Origin: Fidelibacterota bacterium
Lineage (GTDB): Bacteria > Fidelibacterota > UBA2242
Assembly (NCBI GenBank): GCA_049975265.1
Contig: JBNGDF010000005.1
Coordinates: 18,654 to 82,653 of the forward strand
Length of the DNA: 64,000 nucleotides
Direction: 5' to 3'
Position 1 is the stretch's first letter, and every line of letters starts with the position of its first letter. The notes under the pieces were generated by a model. It saw only the letters and a program-made list of their open reading frames with translations, did no database searches and was not told the origin of the DNA. Shown one piece after another: positions 1-9,061 of this stretch. A program made the translations under genes and the position numbers.

Positions 1-715
1 GTTTGTACATTTCGAAATTTATCGTCTCGAACGACCTGTTCAGACAGTCCGGCCAGGTATCGAGACGGCAGACATGCCGACGATAAAAATCCATCATCGC
101 TCCCTGATATTGGGAAGAACTGTAATCGCCAGTTTGTTCAGATTTTAGGATGATTGCCCGGGTTGATTCCGGCATTTCACGAATATAGGCGTTCTGGTCT
201 GCGATCCAGCGCGAGGCGCTGAGCAGGGGCCCGGAGAGAATGAGACTCTCAACGCCTGCAGGTTGATGGGTCAGCATATAATCAATCGCCAGCGCGCATC
301 CCCAGGACTGACCCAGAATATGGCATTTTTTCAATTCCAGCGCCTGACGTACCTGATGAAGTTCCTCCACAAAATGCCCGATGGTCCACAGATTTTTATC
401 TGCCGGTCGGTCGGATTTGCCGCAGCCCAGCTGGTCATAGAAAATGACCGGACGTTCATCTGCCAGCGCCTCGAGCGGTTCAAGGTAGTCGTGTGAGACC
501 CCCGGACTGCCGTGTATAATCAAAAGTGGCATACCGGTTTGGTTTTTACCTGCAATTTTGTACCAAATTTTACCGCCGGTGACTATAATATAACCTTCCT
601 GCAGATCATCGGAGTTTTCGGTTATGATGATATCTGTTTTCTTTTCTATGGAACACCCCCCGAGTAGAAGTACAAAAACGATTAAGGAAAGTAGCCGTGA
701 TTTGAGATAGAACAT
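1..715 (-). CDS. Proline iminopeptidase / alpha-beta hydrolase (peptidase S33), predicted lipoprotein; C-terminus runs off the window start
   Basis: Not in the ORF track; translated by hand from ATG at 715: MFYLKSRLLSLIVFVLLLGGC (lipobox) ...GGKIWYKIAG...LLIIHGSPGVSHDYL...VIFYDQLGCGKSDRP...HILGQSWG (nucleophile motif). Open to position 1. Confidence 0.85.
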   Translation of the reverse strand, partial: MFYLKSRLLSLIVFVLLLGGCSIEKKTDIIITENSDDLQEGYIIVTGGKIWYKIAGKNQTGMPLLIIHGSPGVSHDYLEPLEALADERPVIFYDQLGCGKSDRPADKNLWTIGHFVEELHQVRQALELKKCHILGQSWGCALAIDYMLTHQPAGVESLILSGPLLSASRWIADQNAYIREMPESTRAIILKSEQTGDYSSSQYQGAMMDFYRRHVCRLDTWPDCLNRSFETINFEMYK

Positions 716-743
716 TGGAGTGCGGATCCTTTTAATCACCTGG

Positions 744-1082
744 TCACTTTTCGAATGTTTTGTCACCGAAGCCGTATTCAATTGCCAGGTCTATATGACG
801 AAGCAGCTCCTTAAAATAGGGCATTTCAGATAGTCTTGAATCTATTTTCCCGGTGACCGACTGCAGCCAGTTCATAAAATCCGGGTGCATATAATCGGTA
901 AAGGGAATCATGGCTTCGACCTCATCGCACAATTTCAGGTGGGTTTCCAGCGCATTGTGTGGGTCCCAATCCTGGTTGTTGGAGCGGCTTAACTGGACCG
1001 AAGATATCAGCAGCTGCTTCTGCAGCTCGACGGCATTGATATATTCCAGCAGTTTGTCTCTGAGTTCGAGCAGAGTAATCAT
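744..1082 (-). CDS. Hypothetical protein (~112 aa)
   Basis: ORF with protein-like helical composition, same strand as the downstream peptidase gene; no recognisable motif. Start at ATG 1082 or upstream at 1109. Confidence 0.5.
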   Translation of the reverse strand: MITLLELRDKLLEYINAVELQKQLLISSVQLSRSNNQDWDPHNALETHLKLCDEVEAMIPFTDYMHPDFMNWLQSVTGKIDSRLSEMPYFKELLRHIDLAIEYGFGDKTFEK

Positions 1083-1219
1083 AATATCTCGGATAAAAAT
1101 TATCGACATCCTGGGTAAATTGCAAGATTCCTAATGGCTGTCAGATGAGTGGCAAATAATTTCCACCTTTGGCGGTGATTTTATAAATTTATAGAGAGGA
1201 ACAGAGGGGAGGTACCGAA

Positions 1220-1918
1220 ATGAGTCACTCAGAGCCATTCAATCTTTTACGCATCGCTGTTATGCTTGGAATTTTTGTTGTTTTTTTTCCGCTTCTGCCG
1301 TTAATAATTACCGGACACTGGGACTGGTGGGAAGCCCGGGTGTATGCAGCGATTTATATTCTTGGTTTCGGAATCAGCCGGACACTGGCGGGACGACGGC
1401 ATCCCGACCTTCTGGGCGAACGTGCCCGTTTTTTACGGCATGGGGATACCAAAGCCTGGGACAAGATTCTGGCGCCCCTGGTCAGCCTCGGTGGCTGTCT
1501 GATACCGCTGGTCGTTGGGCTCGATGCGCGCTACGGCTGGTCACCGCCGTTTCAGCTGCCGGAAAAGCTGGTGGCACTGTTCATTATACTGGGTGGATTT
1601 CTTTTGGGGTCATACGCTCTGATTGAAAACCGCTTTTTTTCAGGGACGGTGCGCATCCAGCATGATCGCCGGCATCAGATTGTGACCACCGGACCCTATC
1701 GCTGGGTACGGCATACCGGCTACGCCGGTGCTCTCCTCTCCTATCTGGCGACTCCGGTCTTTTTGGATTCCTACTGGGCGTATCTGCCGGTGCTGTTTCT
1801 GACCGTCTGTTTAGTTCTCCGCACGGCGCTGGAAGACCGGACATTGCAAAACGAATTAGCGGGTTATCGCGAATATGCCGGACAGACCTGCTACCGCCTG
1901 ATCCCGGGAATCTGGTAG
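1220..1918 (+). CDS. Isoprenylcysteine carboxyl methyltransferase / PEMT-family membrane protein
   Basis: Several TM helices; ENRFFSGTVRIQ...TTGPYRWVRHxGY...LEDRTLQNELAGYREY...RLIPGIW signature; GGAGG RBS upstream. Confidence 0.85.
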   Translation: MSHSEPFNLLRIAVMLGIFVVFFPLLPLIITGHWDWWEARVYAAIYILGFGISRTLAGRRHPDLLGERARFLRHGDTKAWDKILAPLVSLGGCLIPLVVGLDARYGWSPPFQLPEKLVALFIILGGFLLGSYALIENRFFSGTVRIQHDRRHQIVTTGPYRWVRHTGYAGALLSYLATPVFLDSYWAYLPVLFLTVCLVLRTALEDRTLQNELAGYREYAGQTCYRLIPGIW

Positions 1919-2083
1919 TGGTTTTGGCGCTTTGGCGATTTATTTTCTTGTGTTAATTCCTTCCGCAGGCGTACATTTATGTAGCATTCAATGGAAGAAT
2001 ACGGTGTTCCAAAATTATCATCAACAATTCAATATCCGGTGGATTGGTTTCTCCAAAAACAAGCGAAGTGGCGGGGAATAATA

Positions 2084-3364
2084 ATGTGGCAACAAACGAT
2101 TGGTATGGTTTTGCTCACGACGGTTTTGAGCCTGAATGCCCGGGATGCGGCTGCCGTCCCGACAGAAAAGGTATTCAATATGGAAGCCCGGGTTGATTCT
2201 CTGCACCAGAGGATTCGCCACCTGGAGGAGGAGTTGTAGCAAATCAGGCAAAATACGCAGGATGAGAGGTCAGAAATGGACGAGTTGCTGGCGCTGTTCA
2301 ACGGCGATGCGGTGGAGACGGCGGATATCGAATCCCGTTCCCGGCATAAGCGTGTCGACGAACTCTTGAAAGCCATTGTTCAGCAACCAGGTCAGTTGCG
2401 CTTCAATGGGGGTGCGACGGCGATTTTTCAGGGAGGCGGCGACCGCAGTGATCAATATTCCAGCGCCACCGGCTCGTTTGATATTTACGCCTCGACAGCG
2501 TTTGGACCTAATACACTGCTGTTTTTCGATTGGGAAGCCATCGGCGGAAACTGACCGGACGACTATTTTCCCAATTTTGCCGGTTTGAACGGAGACGCCG
2601 GTTCGACTCAGGACAGCCTGGGAATCGATCGTTTGACGGTGCTGGAAGCCTGGGCTGAATTTACCATGCTGAACAGAATTTTTACAATTACTGCCGGGAA
2701 GATTGACCTGACCGACTATTTTGACAACAACGCCTCGGCGAATGACGAGACGATGCAGTTTATCAGTGGTGCCTTTGTGAACAGCGCCGCCTTTGCAGTG
2801 CCGGGCAATTCGCCCGGTGTCCGGCTGCGCACGACATTGTTCGATCGTTTTCATTTTCAAACAGGTATCGTCAGCGCCGATAATTCAGGCAGTGAGATTT
2901 TGAAAGAGCTGTACCGGATCGCCAGCCTCGGTTTTACCCTCTTTCCCGCTTCCGATTTTGAGTCCAATTTGCGTTTTTACGGATATCAGGACCCGCGTGC
3001 GGGTTATGCCACCGGCTGGGGAATCAGCTTTGATAATCTCTCTTTTGGAACCTATAATATTTTCGCCCGCTACGGACAGAACAGCACCGGTGTGGCGGAA
3101 AGTTGGGGCGTTCGCTGTGCCTGGAGTCTGGGCATCCGCTTTATGCGGGAAATCGCCAGCCAGTCCACAGCTGTGGGGCTGGCATACGGGGAGACAACAC
3201 TCCGGGATGATGATTTGCATAACGAACAGCTGCTGGAATTGTACGCTCGCCGCCAGGTCAATAAATGGACGCACCTGTCACCCCATTTACAGGTTATCTG
3301 GAATGCCGGTGGCGCTGCTGACCGGATCATTCTGTTCGGAGTGCGAACACATTTTAATTTTTAA
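2084..3364 (+). pseudogene. Carbohydrate-selective (OprB-like) porin interrupted by two in-frame stops
   Basis: ORFs 1991-2239, 2276-2554 and 2585-3364 share one frame, separated only by TAG (2237) and TGA (2552). The joined product has a signal peptide, coiled coil, GKIDLTDYFDNNASANDETMQF motif, ELYARRQVNKWTHLSPHLQ and C-terminal Phe. Confidence 0.75.
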
Positions 3365-3376
3365 AAAAGGAGAAGT

Positions 3377-4381
3377 ATGAACCGATTTTATTATTGGATA
3401 ATAGCAGTTAATCTGGCAGTGGTGAATGGTGCTGCCGGTAAAGAAGAACCGCTGGTGCAGCAGATCCGGTCCGCCGTTCAACACGAGGCATTTACGGTCA
3501 ATGCGCTGGTTCAATCGGGATTCCGTTACTCTCTGGGAGACGACAATTTTCAGGGCGGTCGGACCTTTGAGGCTGCCAACGCCAGGCTGAGTTTTCGCGG
3601 GAATCTGGATGGGGGATTTTTTTACCGGCTGTTTTTCAATCTGGTCAAGGAGCCGAACCTGCTGGATGCCTATATCGGCTACCGCTTCAGCGATGCTCTG
3701 CGTATTACCACCGGAGCCATGAAGCCGAAGCAGACCCTGGACTTTATTCCTGATCCCGGTTCGATGGATTTCATCGACCGCACGCATATCACCGATCTGC
3801 TTGTTCAGTCCCGGGAGATCGGAGTGTCGTTTGAGGGCGATGTCGGAGGGCTCTATTACTTTTCCGGAATTTTTAACGGCAATAAATTGTCGTCGAATAA
3901 TAACAACGAATTCTACGGAATCGGACGGCTTCAGTACACTCTCGGGGATTTACAGCTGGCGGTGCAAGGTTCACACGGCAATTCACCCGGCGTGCAGACC
4001 GGTAATGCGGGGCCCGTATTGCAGGGCAAGCGGACCATTTACGGCGGCGATGTCCGGTTGAAGGCGGAACGTCTGCTGCTAGCGGCGGAATATCTGGCTG
4101 GCAGCCTCGATCTCGACTCGACGGCTGGTAGCGACAAGAAGGATCTGATCAGTGGCTACTATATCACCGCCGGTTACCGGATACTGGAAAAGACTATGCT
4201 GCTGAGTCGCTGGCAGTCCTGGGGATACCGGGAGCAGGATTTTCGGGATCATCAGGTTACTTTTGGGATCAACCACAATTTTACCGGTGTCACCAGACTG
4301 CAGCTGAATGCCGACGCCTACTTTCCGGAAAAGAGCGATCGCCAGTATGGACTCTCCCTGCTGTTACAGGTGCAATTTTAA
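3377..4381 (+). CDS. Porin, OprO/OprP-like outer-membrane beta-barrel
   Basis: Signal peptide, NARLSFRG...LLDAYIGY...REIGV...GIFNG pattern, amphipathic strands, terminal QVQF. Confidence 0.7.
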   Translation: MNRFYYWIIAVNLAVVNGAAGKEEPLVQQIRSAVQHEAFTVNALVQSGFRYSLGDDNFQGGRTFEAANARLSFRGNLDGGFFYRLFFNLVKEPNLLDAYIGYRFSDALRITTGAMKPKQTLDFIPDPGSMDFIDRTHITDLLVQSREIGVSFEGDVGGLYYFSGIFNGNKLSSNNNNEFYGIGRLQYTLGDLQLAVQGSHGNSPGVQTGNAGPVLQGKRTIYGGDVRLKAERLLLAAEYLAGSLDLDSTAGSDKKDLISGYYITAGYRILEKTMLLSRWQSWGYREQDFRDHQVTFGINHNFTGVTRLQLNADAYFPEKSDRQYGLSLLLQVQF

Positions 4382-4472
4382 CCGGACGGCGGTTTGTTAT
4401 TGGCAAAATTCCGTACATCGCGAATTTTATGGAAAACAGATGATGTGATCGTAAAATAGAAGGAGGCATGCG

Positions 4473-4751
4473 ATGAGTGAACGAACAGCGTATATCGACA
4501 AGATGGCGGCGAAACTGAAAGAGCTGGATGCAGAAATCCGGATACTGGAAGCCAAGGGGGAATCGGCGAAAGCCGATTATAAACAGCAGATTCAGGTGTT
4601 GAAAGCTCAGCAGGAAGATGTCCGGCAGCAACTCAATAAAATCCGGGAAGCCGGTGAAGATGCCTGGGAGGAACTGAAAAAGGGCTTTGAGAAAAGCTGG
4701 CAAACCCTGGGCGATTCGGTAAAAAAATTGCTGTCGCGATTCAAGATTTGA
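4473..4751 (+). CDS. Small coiled-coil protein (sll1863-like)
   Basis: AYIDKMAAKLKELDAEI...EDAWEELKKGFEKSW pattern; GGAGG RBS. Confidence 0.7.
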   Translation: MSERTAYIDKMAAKLKELDAEIRILEAKGESAKADYKQQIQVLKAQQEDVRQQLNKIREAGEDAWEELKKGFEKSWQTLGDSVKKLLSRFKI

Positions 4752-4757
4752 GCACCG

Positions 4758-5531
4758 ATGGGATGGTTTAAGAAAACTAAAAAGGGCTCTGTTGGGCTGG
4801 CACTGGGCGGCGGTGCCGTGCTGGGCGCCGCTCATATAGGGGTTTTAAAAGCGATTGAGGAGAAGGGGCTTGACATCCGCTATGTTGCCGGCACCAGTAT
4901 CGGAGCATTTGTGGGTGCCTTTTACGCCTTCGGCAAGAACTGGGCGGAAATCGAGGAAATCGCCAAAGATTTAAACTGGCTGGACATTTCTGGAATTTCG
5001 ATTCCAAAGCTCGGCTTGCTGTCAAATCAGAAAATGGGCGAATTTATGAGGGAAAAAATCGGCGATGTCAGCATTGAAGATGCGACGATTCCCTTTGCTG
5101 CCGTGACCACCGATATTATCAGCGGGGAGAAGATGGTGCTCCGGGAAGGCGATCTGGCGACGGCGGTGATGGCAAGTACCTGTATCCCGGGTGTTTTTAT
5201 TCCCGTTGAATTGGATGACCGCCTGCTGGTTGACGGCGGACTGGTCGAAAACGTACCGATTGCACCTTTAAAAGATATGGGCGCCGACTTTATCATCGGC
5301 GCGGACCTGAACGCCGGTCATCGCCCGCAACGACCGGAGAATATTGTAGAGGTACTGCTCCGGACGTTTGATTTCATGATCAGGTCCGCCACCGCACTCC
5401 AGACGGAAGAGGCAGATGTCCTCATTCAGCCGGACCTGTCAGAGTTCAATATGTTTGAAACTTCCCAGGTGGGTGACCTGATTGAGGTGGGTTACGCCAG
5501 TGCACGGGCGGTATTGGAAAAAAACCTGTAA
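4758..5531 (+). CDS. Patatin-like phospholipase (RssA type)
   Basis: ALGGGAVLG glycine loop, GTSIG nucleophile, DGG motif. Confidence 0.9.
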   Translation: MGWFKKTKKGSVGLALGGGAVLGAAHIGVLKAIEEKGLDIRYVAGTSIGAFVGAFYAFGKNWAEIEEIAKDLNWLDISGISIPKLGLLSNQKMGEFMREKIGDVSIEDATIPFAAVTTDIISGEKMVLREGDLATAVMASTCIPGVFIPVELDDRLLVDGGLVENVPIAPLKDMGADFIIGADLNAGHRPQRPENIVEVLLRTFDFMIRSATALQTEEADVLIQPDLSEFNMFETSQVGDLIEVGYASARAVLEKNL

Positions 5532-5933
5532 ACGATCAGATCAATAATCCGGCAAAAGAGTAATCTTCCAGGCAGGTTATTATCAGGAGTAATATCCGTC
5601 AAAAAGATTAGATAATGTATAAGACCGGTTCTTTTCCAGCGCAATTACGGGGCATATCAACCACTTTCTGGCACCTTTTATAGATAACTGATGACGAATC
5701 AGAAATCGCCCGGACGGTTTCTGTGTCTGGGGTCACATATTTCCGGCTGCTTCACCGAATACTGCCGGTAATTACCATATATTAAGATGATCGGCATATG
5801 AATTGTATGAATTAAATACGTTGTTTGAAATGAAAAATCGGTTGCTTAACTCAGTTTATGCATTTGCTAAAACTGCTCTGCTGTTTGGTAGCAATAAAAA
5901 GATTCCTGGTTAAAACCCCCCCTACCCAGGATG

Positions 5934-5975
5934 AGGAGAGAGTCTTACAGATAAGGCTCTCTCCTTCCTATTTTT
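5934..5975 (+). terminator. 14-bp hairpin followed by a T-rich tail in the intergenic leader
   Basis: AGGAGAGAGTCTTA-CAGA-TAAGGCTCTCTCCT (one G-U pair), then TCCTATTTTT. Confidence 0.55.
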
Positions 5976-6009
5976 ATTCCGCAATGGTGAAATCAAGAGG
6001 AGGTAAAAG

Positions 6010-6816
6010 ATGAAAAAAGTACTAATCCTGCTGATAATGATTACAGGTATTGTTTTCCTGAGCTGCGAAAGCGATTCCGACGGTGAAGCCGGTACCGGCG
6101 AGATCGTTATCAAGGCGTTCGACGCCCCCTTTCAAGGGGATGTGGAGCATATCTACCTGCATATAACCGAGGTCAGTGTGCACAAAGCGGTCGCCGGCAG
6201 CACCAGCGATACCTCGGCGCAATGGATCGTGCTGAGCGAAGCGGACACCACGATCGATTTCCTGGAGCTGGTCAATGGCACAATGGCAACCCTGATTCAT
6301 TCACACCTCGACGTGGGACAGTATTCGCAGATGCGGTTGCTGCTGGGTGAAGGTTCAGCGATTGTCGTGGATGGTGTCTCCCACACTTTGAGGGTACCCA
6401 GCGGCAGCGAGTCCGGTGTAAAGCTGAATCTGGGTTTCTTTATTAATGAGGATGAAATCATCGATATCTATCTGGATTTTGATGCGGAGCGCTCGATTAA
6501 TAAACATCCGACTCAGGAGCGCTACTCATTGCAACCGACCTTCCGGGTGTTTAAAAGTGTGCTGTCGGGAACAGTCTCCGGGACCGTGACGGATTCTGTC
6601 GGAAACGGTCTGCAGGATGTTTCGGTCTATGCCGTCTCCGATGGTGATTCGGTGACCACCCTGACGAATGCGGACGGGAATTACAAATTGATCCTGTTAG
6701 CCGGAACCTATGTGGTCTCCGCAGCCGGTTATGAGCTCACGGCGGATACTGTTTATCAGAATATTGCCCTTGATGCCGAAGAGAATATCCTAAATCTGGA
6801 TTTTGTGATGAACTGA
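6010..6816 (+). CDS. DUF4382-domain lipoprotein with C-terminal carboxypeptidase-regulatory-like domain
   Basis: Lipobox FLSC; DAP...IDFLELVNG...GQYSQMRL...LRVPSGSESGVKL...LDFDAERS; C-terminal GTVSGTVTD...TNADGNY. Confidence 0.8.
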   Translation: MKKVLILLIMITGIVFLSCESDSDGEAGTGEIVIKAFDAPFQGDVEHIYLHITEVSVHKAVAGSTSDTSAQWIVLSEADTTIDFLELVNGTMATLIHSHLDVGQYSQMRLLLGEGSAIVVDGVSHTLRVPSGSESGVKLNLGFFINEDEIIDIYLDFDAERSINKHPTQERYSLQPTFRVFKSVLSGTVSGTVTDSVGNGLQDVSVYAVSDGDSVTTLTNADGNYKLILLAGTYVVSAAGYELTADTVYQNIALDAEENILNLDFVMN

Positions 6817-6843
6817 TTGAGACCGAAATTGATTCGCAGTATG

Positions 6844-6872
6844 AAAAGACCGGTGCTCAGCCGGTCTTTTTT
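6844..6872. terminator. Bidirectional intrinsic terminator
   Basis: AAAAGACCGG-TGCTCAG-CCGGTCTTTTTT between convergent genes. Confidence 0.75.
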
Positions 6873-6903
6873 ATAAAGCCGGTAGTGAAGGCAGGCGATA
6901 AAT

Positions 6904-7050
6904 CCGGAAAAATGATTAATAACGCCGGACAAATGGTCTGTCAGCCGGGACAAACGATGTATCATTTATGGAAAATGGTTGATCCGGCGGTCCAAATGAC
7001 TCATTACCACGGGAAAATGCCGGATTGTCTCAGCAACATCGTCCGGCAAC
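6904..7050. repeat. Degenerate 21-bp tandem repeat, 7 units
   Basis: AAATG recurs in register every 21 nt: ccggaaaaatgattaataacg / ccggacaaatggtctgtcagc / cgggacaaacgatgtatcatt / tatggaaaatggttgatccgg / cggtccaaatgactcattacc / acgggaaaatgccggattgtc / tcagcaacatcgtccggcaac. Confidence 0.65.
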
Positions 7051-7790
7051 TATTTTCGCAGTGCCGCTTTGGTGAACCGGTACTCCGGAATATCAACATT
7101 GAAGTCAATGGATTCGAGAATGTACTCGGTCCCGCCACCGCGGGAGAGCATGTCCTTGAAGGTCATCCGCTTCGGCAGCCAGCGTCCGTCCTGCTGAAAG
7201 ACCTCCAGGATTTCGGTTTGCTTGAGCAGGCGTCCGCTGCGGGCGAAGCGCTCCTCCTTGAGCGGCAGCCAGCGCTTGGCGTCTACCCAGATTTTCCGGG
7301 AGTGATAAGCAACATCGCTGGTGTTGGCGGTCAGTTCCAGCACCCAGCAGTCGCGTCCATTATAGGTCTCTCTGCCCAGTACAACGGCATCGTAATTGGC
7401 ACGCAGCTCATCGCTTTCCATTAAATCTTCGTAGGACATATCCGATCCCATCACGGATTGCTTCAGCAGGTGACCGGAAATCGTGATGATCCGGTCATTG
7501 GGCTCGGGTGTGTAAATCCAGAGATCGTCTCCCACTTTGAGCATCTTTTTACCCTTTTCACGGGCGGGCGACAGGTATTCCACAAAGGCTTTGTCGTTGC
7601 CCTTGGACCAGGCTTTGGAGCGGATTGTGCGATCGCCGGTGCGGCTGTGAACGATCATTGTTGCGGTACTGATCGCCTGATCATATACCTGATTCCGGTC
7701 GATTTTCTGCAAAATCTCATCGACGTCGGGTGTTTGGGCATTTATTGATATGGATAAACATAAAATAACTGAAAAAGGAATCCGTTTCAT
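7050..7790 (-). CDS. LolA-like outer-membrane lipoprotein-sorting protein
   Basis: Signal peptide; SPAREKGKKMLK...LWIY...SVMGSDMSYEDL signature; follows ABC permeases. Confidence 0.85.
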   Translation of the reverse strand: MKRIPFSVILCLSISINAQTPDVDEILQKIDRNQVYDQAISTATMIVHSRTGDRTIRSKAWSKGNDKAFVEYLSPAREKGKKMLKVGDDLWIYTPEPNDRIITISGHLLKQSVMGSDMSYEDLMESDELRANYDAVVLGRETYNGRDCWVLELTANTSDVAYHSRKIWVDAKRWLPLKEERFARSGRLLKQTEILEVFQQDGRWLPKRMTFKDMLSRGGGTEYILESIDFNVDIPEYRFTKAALRK

Positions 7791-9061
7791 GTTTCCAACT
7801 CCTTAAATAATGAGGCGGTCTGGCGTCTGTAAATACCGATGCCCGCCAGAGCGGTTCCGAATACACTGGCGATCAGCCCCGGAAAAACACCGATGTAGTA
7901 GGTTGTGGTGGTAATCCTGGCTCTGAACACCAGCGGTATCATCATGTTGACATTTTTCATGGCACCGCTAAAGTCCAGACCTTTGACCTGCATCCAGTAG
8001 GCTGCCGCCAGCCCGAGTCCGGTACCGAGGATGGTTCCGGCGATTCCGATCGCCAGGGATTCACATAGCAGAGAGCGGTAAATGTGACCTTTGGGTTCGC
8101 CGATAGCCAGGCGAACGCCCACTTCGCCATAGCGCCGCAAACCGCCCAGCAGACCGGCATTCCACAGGACGATGGACATGACGATGACGAATATCAGTGC
8201 AATCGTGCCAGCCATATTGTTCGCCATGGTCAGGTAATCTGTCAGCCCGCTGGTCTCTTTGAGTTTGCCCATAACGGGGGCAAAATCGCTCTCGTTGTCG
8301 GCATACCGGGCATTGAATATTTTCACAATTTCGGCGCAGGCTTCATCGTCATATACCCGGTTGGGTAAATAGCCCAGAATTTCCCCGGCGGCATTGTCCA
8401 TATTGAGTGCTTGCTGAATGTCCCGGATATCGGCAATCATGGCTCCGCGGTCCATAGCCGGAATACCGAATTTGATTGTACCGACGACCTTGAAATTATA
8501 GATCGCCATGCTACCGAACATGCCGGAACTCAGCAACGTTGCATAATCGCCCAGGGATATTTCCAGTTCCTTCGCCATTTCGTTACTGATCAGGATTTCA
8601 CCCGGTTCCTCAGGCATTCTGCCGGTGACCAGGGATTTCGCGATATTCAAGGTATTAATCTCCGTACTGCCGGGGCTCAGTAAATCCACACCCATTCCGG
8701 CGACGGTGCCCTGTTCGCGGGTCTCGCCGTTTTCATCGGGGATATCCAGCAAACCACCGAATTTGATTCGCCTGACCCAGATCATATCCGGATATTCAGC
8801 CCTCAGGTCAGCCATCATTTCATCCACACCTGTGAGTGCCATATCGTTGGGCAGCTGGTCTTCGTTTTCCGCATATGCCCGGCTCATAATTTTTACATGA
8901 CCGGAAGAAAAGCGGGCAGTGGAATCCACCATATCGGTGAGAATCCCGCCCATGAAGGCTTGATAAAAAACCGTAATACAGACTCCGATGGTAACCATAA
9001 TGACCGGAAACAGGCTGCGATGACGGTCACGCAGCAAACCTTTAATAATAAATGTAATCAT
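7787..9061 (-). CDS. ABC transporter permease, FtsX/LolE-like
   Basis: N-terminal TM, large periplasmic loop, RRYGEVGVRLAIG motif, three C-terminal TMs. Confidence 0.85.
   Translation of the reverse strand: MITFIIKGLLRDRHRSLFPVIMVTIGVCITVFYQAFMGGILTDMVDSTARFSSGHVKIMSRAYAENEDQLPNDMALTGVDEMMADLRAEYPDMIWVRRIKFGGLLDIPDENGETREQGTVAGMGVDLLSPGSTEINTLNIAKSLVTGRMPEEPGEILISNEMAKELEISLGDYATLLSSGMFGSMAIYNFKVVGTIKFGIPAMDRGAMIADIRDIQQALNMDNAAGEILGYLPNRVYDDEACAEIVKIFNARYADNESDFAPVMGKLKETSGLTDYLTMANNMAGTIALIFVIVMSIVLWNAGLLGGLRRYGEVGVRLAIGEPKGHIYRSLLCESLAIGIAGTILGTGLGLAAAYWMQVKGLDFSGAMKNVNMMIPLVFRARITTTTYYIGVFPGLIASVFGTALAGIGIYRRQTASLFKELET

Noticed and set aside
6904..7050. CRISPR array
   Set aside because: No identical repeats, the unit is only 21 bp, and there are no cas genes.
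6885..7424. 179-aa plus-strand ORF
   Set aside because: Made of the 21-bp repeat plus the antisense of the LolA-like gene; it lies after a terminator and has no RBS.
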